From contig DAOSEM010000002.1 of assembly GCA_035363115.1 (NCBI GenBank), positions 269,088 through 333,087 on the forward strand: a stretch of DNA of 64,000 nt, read 5' to 3'. Positions 9,191-16,633 of the stretch are shown piece by piece (position 1 is the first letter of the stretch; each line of letters starts with the position of its first letter). The DNA is from Syntrophales bacterium. Lineage in GTDB: Bacteria; Desulfobacterota; Syntrophia; Syntrophales; PHBD01. The notes beneath the pieces are model-generated. The model was not told where the DNA came from and did no database searches. It worked only from the letters and a program-made list of their open reading frames with translations. A program made the position numbers and the translations under genes.

Positions 9191-10057
9191 ATGGCGGAAG
9201 TGAGAATCGGAAACGCCCTGGTCGGGGATGGCCATCCCTGCTACATCATCGCGGAGATCGGGATCAACCACAACGGGGATATCGAGATCGCGAAGAAGCT
9301 GATCGACCTGGCCGTCGTGGCGGGATGCAGCGCAGTGAAGTTCCAGAAGCGCACCGTGGACGTCGTCTATTCCGCGGAAGAACTCAATAAGCCCCGGGAA
9401 AGCCCTTTTGGTGATACCAATGGTGATCTGAAGTACGGCCTGGAGTTCGAGAAGCCCGAATACGATGTCATCGACCGGTACTGCCGGGAAAAGAAGATCC
9501 CCTGGTTTGCCTCCTGCTGGGACGAGGGGTCTGTCGATTTCATCGACCGGTACGACGTTCCCTGCTTCAAGATCGCCTCCGCCTCGCTGACGGACGACAG
9601 CCTCCTCCGGCATTACCGGAGCAAAGGGCGGCCCCTCATCATCTCCACGGGGATGAGCACCCTGGAGCAGGTCGATCACGCCGTCGAAGTCCTCGGGAAG
9701 AAGGACCTCGTCATCCTGCACTCCTGCAGCACCTACCCGGCGGATTATTCGGAGCTGAACCTGAAGGTGATTCCTTTCTTCCGCGAACGGTACACGATTC
9801 CCGTCGGCTATTCGGGCCACGAGACGGGCCTTGCCTCGTCCGTGGCGGCATTCGCCATGGGGGCCTGCGCCGTCGAGAGGCACATCACCCTGGAGCGGGC
9901 CATGTGGGGATCGGACCATGCCGCGTCTCTTGGAACCAGCGGCGTTATCCGCCTTGTCCGGGACATCCGGCTCGTGGAAATCTCCATGGGCGACGGCGTC
10001 AAGCGCATTGCCGAGCGGGAAGTCCCGATCATGAAGAAGCTGAGGCGCAAGGGCTGA
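9191..10057 (+). CDS. NeuB-family (sialic-acid-synthase-like) PEP-condensing enzyme, TIM-barrel only with no C-terminal SAF domain
   Basis: MAEVRIGNALVGDGHPCYIIAEIGINHNGDIEIAKKLID is the NeuB N-terminal signature. It is 288 aa, against about 340-350 aa as I recall for NeuB/PseI/LegI, which carry a SAF domain. ATG 9191 lies 1 nt after the upstream stop; the longer track ORF (9050) overlaps the upstream gene. Confidence 0.8.
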   Translation: MAEVRIGNALVGDGHPCYIIAEIGINHNGDIEIAKKLIDLAVVAGCSAVKFQKRTVDVVYSAEELNKPRESPFGDTNGDLKYGLEFEKPEYDVIDRYCREKKIPWFASCWDEGSVDFIDRYDVPCFKIASASLTDDSLLRHYRSKGRPLIISTGMSTLEQVDHAVEVLGKKDLVILHSCSTYPADYSELNLKVIPFFRERYTIPVGYSGHETGLASSVAAFAMGACAVERHITLERAMWGSDHAASLGTSGVIRLVRDIRLVEISMGDGVKRIAEREVPIMKKLRRKG

Positions 10058-10058
10058 C

Positions 10059-10535
10059 ATGAAGCCGAAGATCAAGGCCATTGCGCTGGACGTGGACGGG
10101 GTGCTGACGGACGGGACTTTCTGCTGGGGTCCCGACGGAGCCGAATACAAGCAGTTTTCCTTCTATGACATCATGGGCGTTTCCCTGGGAACCAGGGCCG
10201 GGCTTATGTTTGCACTGATCTCCGGCGAGAGCGGCGAGCTGATCGATCGCTTCGCATCGAAGATGGGCATCGCCGACGTCTTCAAGGGCTGCAAGGACAA
10301 GGCGGCTGCCCTGCGCTCCTTCGCGGAGAATCGGGGGCTTGATCTTTCCGAGGTCTGCTTCATGGGCGACGACGTGAACGATTTGCCGGCACTGGCCCTG
10401 GCCGGCCTGTCCGCCGCGCCCTCCAGCGCCCATAAGCGTGTCAGGGGAGTGGTGAACCTCGTTACAATCCAGCCTGGAGGCCGGGGGGCGGTCCGGGAGT
10501 TGGTCGACCACGTCCTGGCGGACAGCAGCTCATGA
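10059..10535 (+). CDS. HAD-IIIA, KdsC-family ulosonate-phosphate phosphatase (KDO-8-P / KDN-9-P phosphatase type)
   Basis: 158 aa with no cap domain. Motif I IALDVDGVLTDG and motif IV MGDDVNDLPAL, typical of KdsC and of the Bacteroides KDN-9-P phosphatase. Confidence 0.85.
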   Translation: MKPKIKAIALDVDGVLTDGTFCWGPDGAEYKQFSFYDIMGVSLGTRAGLMFALISGESGELIDRFASKMGIADVFKGCKDKAAALRSFAENRGLDLSEVCFMGDDVNDLPALALAGLSAAPSSAHKRVRGVVNLVTIQPGGRGAVRELVDHVLADSSS

Positions 10536-10566
10536 ACCCTTTTATGCTCCCGCATACGGATCCGCG

Positions 10567-12366
10567 ATGAAGCTTTCCGACTTCGTATTCGAGTTTCTTG
10601 CCGGCGCCGGTGTGCGCCATGTCTTCATGCTGCCCGGAGGCGGCGTGATGCATCTGAACGACTCCTTGGGGCGCTGCCCCGGCATCCGCTATGTGGGCTG
10701 CCTCCACGAACAGGCGTGCGCCGTCGCCGCGGAGGCGTACGCCCGGGTGGCGGACGACCTCGGGGTCGCCCTCGTCACGACCGGCCCGGGGGGGACCAAC
10801 GCGATCACGGGAGTGGCGGCAGCCTGGCAGGATTCGACGCCCTGCCTCTTCATCTCCGGGCAGGTCAAGCGGTCCGACCTGGCCGGCACCTCGGGCGTTC
10901 GGCAGATGGGGGTCCAGGAAATCGACATCGTCTCGCTCGTGAAGCCGATCACGAAATACGCCGTCACCGTCATGGACCCCGCGAAGATCCGCCATCACCT
11001 GGAGAAGGCCCTGCACCTCGCCAAAAGCGGCCGTCCGGGCCCCGTCTGGATCGACGTTCCCCTGGACGTGCAGGCCGCGGATGTGGACCCGGGCATCCTC
11101 GAAGGATTCGATCCCGGGGCGGACGCCAGACCGGAAGGGGAGGGGGAACCGGCGGAGGCAGCGGCCCGGGCCATCGACTGGTTGAACGGATCCGAGCGGC
11201 CCGTGGTCCTTGCCGGCAACGGCATCCGCGTGGCGGGGGCATGTGCCGATTTCCGCAACCTGGTCGGCCTGTTGGGAGTCCCCGTCCTGACCACCCGACT
11301 CGGAGTGGACCTGCTTCCGGCAAACCACGGCCTCTGTTTCGGCATGCCCGGGTCCATCGCGGCGCGGGGCTCCAATTTCACGCTGCAGAACGCCGACTGG
11401 CTCCTTGTCCTGGGGGCCCGCCTGGACATGGCGCTGATTGCCTACGAGCCGAAGCGCCTGGCCCGGGGGGCGCGAAAAATCATGGTCAACCTCGATCCCG
11501 CGGAGATGAGAAAGCTGGGCGGGATCCTTGATCTGGAGGTTTGCACGGATGCGGGACGGTTTATCCGGGAAATGATCCGGCAGGCCGGTTGTGTCGAGCG
11601 CCGGGACCGCTCCGCCTGGTTGGACCGCTGCCGGGATTGGCAGGCACGGTACCCCTTTGTCCAGCCGAAGCACCGGGAGAATGCGGCGGGAATCAGTGTC
11701 TATGCCTTCTCGGAGATCCTCGCGGAGGAATTGACGGGAGAGCACATCGTTCTGCCCGGGAACGCCGGGGTCGCCTGCGAGCTCTTTCTCACCGCCTTCC
11801 GGGTCAAGGAAGGGCAGCGCGTTTTTCACAACAAGGGAACCGGCGCCATGGGCTTTGGTCCCCCCGCCGCCCTCGGGGCCGCCCTAGCCAGTAGCGGGCG
11901 GCACGTCGTCTGCATCGACGGGGACGGGGGGTTCCAGATGAACGCACAGGAACTGGAGACGATCCGGCGGCTGGGCCTTCCCGTCACGTTCTTCGTCATG
12001 AACAACCAGGGATACTCCTCCATCCGGGTTTCGCAGAGCGGCTATTTCGGGCGGTTGACGGGGGCCGACGCCTCCAGCAACCTGACGCTGCCGGACCCGC
12101 TCAAGCTTGCCGGGGCTTACGGACTGAGGGCGGTCCGCATTTCGCATCCGGGGGACCTGAAGGAAAAGATCCGGGAGGTTCTCGCCCTGCCGGGGCCCGT
12201 GGTCTGCGACGTCATGCTGATCCCGGACGAGGTCCGGGAGCCGCGGGTGGCGTCGTACCAGAAACCCGACGGCTCCATGGCGTCCAAGCCGCTGGAGGAC
12301 ATGTGGCCTTTCCTCGATCGGGAGGAGTTCCGGGCCAACATGATCGTGGAGCCCGTCGAGGAGTAG
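10567..12366 (+). CDS. Thiamine-diphosphate-dependent enzyme, acetolactate-synthase large-subunit family (YerE-like candidate)
   Basis: 599 aa. N-terminal Pyr domain (VRHVFMLPGGGVMHLND...TTGPGGTNAITGVAAA) and C-terminal ThDP-binding motif GDGGFQMNAQELET...NN. No small regulatory subunit follows. Confidence 0.85.
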   Translation: MKLSDFVFEFLAGAGVRHVFMLPGGGVMHLNDSLGRCPGIRYVGCLHEQACAVAAEAYARVADDLGVALVTTGPGGTNAITGVAAAWQDSTPCLFISGQVKRSDLAGTSGVRQMGVQEIDIVSLVKPITKYAVTVMDPAKIRHHLEKALHLAKSGRPGPVWIDVPLDVQAADVDPGILEGFDPGADARPEGEGEPAEAAARAIDWLNGSERPVVLAGNGIRVAGACADFRNLVGLLGVPVLTTRLGVDLLPANHGLCFGMPGSIAARGSNFTLQNADWLLVLGARLDMALIAYEPKRLARGARKIMVNLDPAEMRKLGGILDLEVCTDAGRFIREMIRQAGCVERRDRSAWLDRCRDWQARYPFVQPKHRENAAGISVYAFSEILAEELTGEHIVLPGNAGVACELFLTAFRVKEGQRVFHNKGTGAMGFGPPAALGAALASSGRHVVCIDGDGGFQMNAQELETIRRLGLPVTFFVMNNQGYSSIRVSQSGYFGRLTGADASSNLTLPDPLKLAGAYGLRAVRISHPGDLKEKIREVLALPGPVVCDVMLIPDEVREPRVASYQKPDGSMASKPLEDMWPFLDREEFRANMIVEPVEE

Positions 12367-12376
12367 GGAACGGATC

Positions 12377-13438
12377 ATGGAAACCGCGAAGCAGAAGAAG
12401 GAGATCGAGGCCGCCCGGAGGGAGAAACTCCGGAGGGAAAAGCCTCTGGTCTATGAGAAAATCATCCGGCTCGACGAACGCTTCCAGGCTGGAATGGCAA
12501 CGCCGGTGGTGGACATCTGCTACAACCGGGCCTGCAACCTGAAGTGCCGCCATTGCTTCACTACCCGCTTCACGAAGAAGGACCGCTCCCTCTCCCCCCC
12601 GGACATGAAGCGCTTCGCCGACGAGGCCCACGAGATCGGACTGTGCCAGCTCGTCCTCTCCGGCGGAGAGCCCCTGATCCTGAAGGACCTGGAAGAAGTC
12701 ATCGCGGCGCTGCAACCAGACAAGTTCCATTTATCCATGAGCACGAACGGGTATTTCTTGACGCCGGAGATGGCAAGAAACCTCAAAACCTGGGGACTCG
12801 ACAAGGTCAAGATCAGCATCGACGACTTCGACGAACGGATGCACAACGACAATCGCCGGAACGACAACGCATACGAGAAGGCCATGGCCGCCCTGTTCAA
12901 CGCGAGAGACGCGGGTCTCAGCGTCGTCATCCAGACGTGCATCACCCATGAAAACTGCCGGACCGACCGGACCATCCAGATGGCAAAATTCGCCCAGGAG
13001 AACGGGTTTGTGGTGGACGTCATGATCGCCCACGCCGTCGGTGAATGGGAGGGCAGGCACGACATGCTGATCGACGAGGCGGACGCCGCTTACATGCGCG
13101 AGGTTCACAGGCAGTACCCGTCCCTGCACCGCGACACGTTTCCGACCTACGGCATCGACCGGGGCTGCGGGAGCGTCCAGTCCAACCTGCACCTCACCCA
13201 GTACGGCGACATCCTCCCGTGCGGCTTCATCCACATTTCCCTCGGCAGCATTTTCGAGGAGAGCCTCGCCGCCATTCTGGAGAGGGGGATGAGCATCCGG
13301 CACTTCAAAGAGTACAATCCGCTCTGCCTCTCCGGGGAGGACCGGTATTTCATCGAAAAATACATGGCGAAATTCTACGGAAAACCGCTTCCCGTCCACT
13401 GGACCGAGGTCTTCGGGGAGGAGGACTTTGTCCGATGA
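12377..13438 (+). CDS. Radical SAM protein with a C-terminal twitch/SPASM-like Cys region
   Basis: CX3CX2C at residues 53-60 (CNLKCRHC, nt 12533-12556), GGEPL motif (LSGGEPLIL), and later Cys in GCGSVQSNLHLTQYGDILPCGF. No cobalamin-binding domain is evident. Confidence 0.85.
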   Translation: METAKQKKEIEAARREKLRREKPLVYEKIIRLDERFQAGMATPVVDICYNRACNLKCRHCFTTRFTKKDRSLSPPDMKRFADEAHEIGLCQLVLSGGEPLILKDLEEVIAALQPDKFHLSMSTNGYFLTPEMARNLKTWGLDKVKISIDDFDERMHNDNRRNDNAYEKAMAALFNARDAGLSVVIQTCITHENCRTDRTIQMAKFAQENGFVVDVMIAHAVGEWEGRHDMLIDEADAAYMREVHRQYPSLHRDTFPTYGIDRGCGSVQSNLHLTQYGDILPCGFIHISLGSIFEESLAAILERGMSIRHFKEYNPLCLSGEDRYFIEKYMAKFYGKPLPVHWTEVFGEEDFVR

Positions 13439-14460
13439 GCGAGTTCACCATCATTTCCCATGACCGGCAACCGCTCCGCGACCGCCTCCCGCTCAAGAAG
13501 CCCCTCTCCCTGTTCGTCGAGCCGACGAACCTGTGCAACTTCCGCTGCACCCCCTGCGTGCACGGCAGCGAGAACACGCGCAACGACCTGAAACCGCTCC
13601 GGAACATGGAGATGGACCTGTACCGGAAGCTCATCCGCGAACTTGCGGATTGGGAAGGGCCGCCGCTGAAGTTGCTCCGGCTGGCCATGCTGGGCGAGCC
13701 TTTCGTGAATACGGAATTTTGCGAAATGGTACGCCTTGCCAGGGAGGCCCATGTCGCCGAGCGGGTGGACACGTTTTCCAACGGCTCCCTGCTGACGGAG
13801 GAGATCTCGGAGAAGCTGATCGACTGCGGGCTGGACATCATCCGCTTCTCCATTTACGCGTCGGAAAACGGGCGCCATCGGGAGGTGACCCGGTCGAATT
13901 GCACCGTGGAGACCATCCGGGATAACATCCGGCGGTTGCGGGAGCTGCGCGACGCCCGGGGAGCCCGAAAACCGTACATCTTTGTGAAAATGTTCGACAC
14001 GTACGGACCGGAGAACGACACGTTCTTCGGGATGTACCGCGACATCGCCGACGAGGTCGGGCTGGAGAAAGTCCACAACGCCACCCGGTACAGCGGGAAC
14101 GACTTGGTCAGGATGTACTACCACGACAGCGAAAAGGAGAAGCAGGCGAAGCGTGAATATGCGGAAGGGCTGAACAGGGGGCGCATCGCCTGCTCACGCC
14201 CCTTCATGGCCATGGTGATCAACAACATCGGCGACTGCCTCATGTGCACCCACGATCCCGCAAAGGGGACGAAGATCGGCAGCGCCCGCGAAAGCACCCT
14301 CCACGAGTTGTGGAACGGCGAAAACATGTTTCAGTTCCGCAAGATGCTCCTGGAGGGCCGAAAACATGAGAACCGGATCTGCGCCCGCTGCGACTGGTTC
14401 AAGCTGTTCCCGGAAGAGGACAGCGTGGACGGATTCCCCGTGGAGAGACTGCGACCGTGA
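13435..14460 (+). CDS. Radical SAM/SPASM-like protein (paralogue A)
   Basis: The start ATG overlaps the upstream stop (ATGA). CNFRCTPC at residues 34-41 (nt 13534-13557). C-terminal Cys cluster (ACSRPF...GDCLMCTHD...ICARCDW). The 471-aa track ORF is an upstream extension that overlaps the previous gene. Confidence 0.85.
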   Translation: MSEFTIISHDRQPLRDRLPLKKPLSLFVEPTNLCNFRCTPCVHGSENTRNDLKPLRNMEMDLYRKLIRELADWEGPPLKLLRLAMLGEPFVNTEFCEMVRLAREAHVAERVDTFSNGSLLTEEISEKLIDCGLDIIRFSIYASENGRHREVTRSNCTVETIRDNIRRLRELRDARGARKPYIFVKMFDTYGPENDTFFGMYRDIADEVGLEKVHNATRYSGNDLVRMYYHDSEKEKQAKREYAEGLNRGRIACSRPFMAMVINNIGDCLMCTHDPAKGTKIGSARESTLHELWNGENMFQFRKMLLEGRKHENRICARCDWFKLFPEEDSVDGFPVERLRP

Positions 14461-15509
14461 TCCGGTACACCAGCCTGAAAAACACGGACCGGCAGAACCT
14501 CAGGGAGGTCATGCCGCTGCAAAAGCCCTTCACGGTGCTCATCGAGCCGTCGAGCCTGTGCAACTTCAAGTGCATCCAGTGCTTTCAGAGCATCAAGGCG
14601 GAATCCTACTTCACCCGCACCCGGGGGAACATGCCGATGGCGCGCTTCCGGCGGGTCATGGAGCAGCTCAAGGCCTGGCCGGGGCCGAAGCTGAAGGTGC
14701 TCAAGCTGAGCCTTTACGGCGAGCCGCTCGTCAACCGGGATTTCTGCGAGATGCTGCGAATGGCCAGGGAAGCGGACGTTGCGGAGAGGATGGAGACCAC
14801 CACCAACGCCTCCCTCCTGACCCGGGAGATCGCCGAAAAATGGGTGGAGCACCAGATGGACTATGCGCGAGTGTCCATCTACGCCTCCGAGCAGGGGAGA
14901 CACAAGGCCATCACCGGTTCGAGCCTGGACATCCGCACCATCCACGAAAACCTGAGGGTTCTCCAGGAAATCAAACGGCGCGAGGGATCGGAGCGGCCCT
15001 TTGTGAGCTGCAAGATGCTGGACGCCTACGGCGACGAGAACGAACGGTTCTTCGAGATGTACCGGGACGTGGCCGACGAGGTGTACCTGGACAAGCCGCA
15101 CTGCTGGATCAAGGTGGAGGGAGCCGACTTCATCCGGGACTACTACCGCGAGGACGCACAGACCGTCCTGGTGGACCTCCGGAGGAACCGGACCCGGCGG
15201 GTCGCCTGTCCCATGGCGTTCACGACGATGGCAATCCGAAGCAACGGAGATGTCTCCCCCTGCTGCGTGGATTTCATCGGCGGCACGAACCTGGGCCGTG
15301 TGGACGACCATAGCCTGCAGGAGATCTGGCATTCCGAGCCCTGGTACGAGTTCCAGAAGATGCAGCTCATGGGCCGCAAACAGGAGAACGAATCCTGCGC
15401 CCGCTGCGATTTTTACCTCAGCGATCACTACACCCTGGACAACATCGACGGCTTCGACGTGGGAAAGCTGCTGGGGGCGGGGGAGTGCAAGACGGGAGGT
15501 GGTTCGTGA
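14457..15509 (+). CDS. Radical SAM/SPASM-like protein (paralogue B, tandem duplicate of 13435-14460)
   Basis: GTG start overlapping the upstream stop (GTGA). CNFKCIQC at residues 35-42 (nt 14559-14582). Collinear with paralogue A along its whole length at roughly 40-45 % identity by eye (shared blocks LYGEPLVNRDFCEM, RVSIYASEQGRH, FFEMYRDVADEV, CARCDF). Confidence 0.85.
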   Translation: MIRYTSLKNTDRQNLREVMPLQKPFTVLIEPSSLCNFKCIQCFQSIKAESYFTRTRGNMPMARFRRVMEQLKAWPGPKLKVLKLSLYGEPLVNRDFCEMLRMAREADVAERMETTTNASLLTREIAEKWVEHQMDYARVSIYASEQGRHKAITGSSLDIRTIHENLRVLQEIKRREGSERPFVSCKMLDAYGDENERFFEMYRDVADEVYLDKPHCWIKVEGADFIRDYYREDAQTVLVDLRRNRTRRVACPMAFTTMAIRSNGDVSPCCVDFIGGTNLGRVDDHSLQEIWHSEPWYEFQKMQLMGRKQENESCARCDFYLSDHYTLDNIDGFDVGKLLGAGECKTGGGS

Positions 15510-16618
15510 AGCTGATGGACCAGATTCGGGACGTCCGGCACGCCGAGAAGGACATCTTCGACACAATCAGGGCCTCGGGTGATCCGGTTGTGCTCTGGGG
15601 GGCCGGCGAGATCGCCTGGTGTGTCTGGACCTATCTGCGCCAGAACGGGATCGATCCGGTGTGTTTCTGTGACAATGATCCGGCCAAGCAGGGAACGAAG
15701 CATCTCGGGCTCCCCGTGTACGGTTACGACGGACTGAAGGAGCGCTTTGCACGGGAGGGTCGCCGCTACCACATTGTGGTGGCGACGGGCATTCAGTACC
15801 GGGCCCCGATCTTCGCGCAGCTGGCCGCTGCCGGGGAGAGGAACCCCATCTGGTACATCAAGGGCTTCGAGGTCTGCGGGGAAAAGATTGATTATCCTTA
15901 TGTCCGGGAGCACGCGGAGCAGTTCGAAGAGGCGTACGCATCCCTGGCGGACGACGTATCGCGGAATGTGTTCGTGCACGTCCTCATCGCCAAACTGTCC
16001 GGCGACTTCGACCTCTATCGGAGGATCATGTCCCCGTGCGAGTATTTTGACGAGGACGTGATTCGCCTGGCCGAAGACGAGGTGTACCTGGACGTCGGCG
16101 CATACCGGGGCAGGGCGATCATTGAATTCGCGAGGCGGACAAGGGGAACATACGACGGGATCATCGCGTTCGAGCCGGACAAAAGGACGCTGGACATGCT
16201 CCGGAGAACCGTCGAGGAGCACGGCATCCGGAAGGTGGAACTGCACAACAAGGGGGCCTGGGACAGGCATGCGTTCCTGAGTTTCCACGATGGGCGTGAG
16301 GGAGGATCGCGCATCCTGGAGCCTTCCGCCGTTGAAATCCCGGCAAACTCCATCGAGGTGGACGCCATCGACAACGTGCTCGACGGCCGCCGGGCGACCT
16401 ACATTTCCATGGATATCGAGGGGGCGGAGCACAACGCCATTCTGGGCGCCGAGCGGACCATCCGGACGTGGAGACCCAAAATGGCGGTTTCCGTCTATCA
16501 CAAGCGGGAGGACCTCTTCGACCTCCTGCTCCTGATCAAGTCCTTCGACCCGCAGTACCGGTTTCACATGAGGCACTACACGGAAAACCAGACCGAAACG
16601 GTGCTGTATGCGGTGTAG
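15506..16618 (+). CDS. FkbM-family SAM-dependent methyltransferase with an N-terminal Methyltransf_14-like (NDP-sugar-binding Rossmann) module
   Basis: FkbM core: VYLDVGAYRGRAIIEFA...IIAFEPDKRTLDML...SMDIEGAEHNAILGAE. N-terminal module: VVLWGAGEIAWCVWTYLRQNGIDPVCFCDNDPAKQGTKHLGLPVYGYD. GTG 15506 overlaps the upstream stop (GTGA) just after GGGAGG; an ATG at 15515 is the alternative start. Confidence 0.8.
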   Translation: MKLMDQIRDVRHAEKDIFDTIRASGDPVVLWGAGEIAWCVWTYLRQNGIDPVCFCDNDPAKQGTKHLGLPVYGYDGLKERFAREGRRYHIVVATGIQYRAPIFAQLAAAGERNPIWYIKGFEVCGEKIDYPYVREHAEQFEEAYASLADDVSRNVFVHVLIAKLSGDFDLYRRIMSPCEYFDEDVIRLAEDEVYLDVGAYRGRAIIEFARRTRGTYDGIIAFEPDKRTLDMLRRTVEEHGIRKVELHNKGAWDRHAFLSFHDGREGGSRILEPSAVEIPANSIEVDAIDNVLDGRRATYISMDIEGAEHNAILGAERTIRTWRPKMAVSVYHKREDLFDLLLLIKSFDPQYRFHMRHYTENQTETVLYAV

Positions 16619-16633
16619 GGCGGGCGGGCACGC

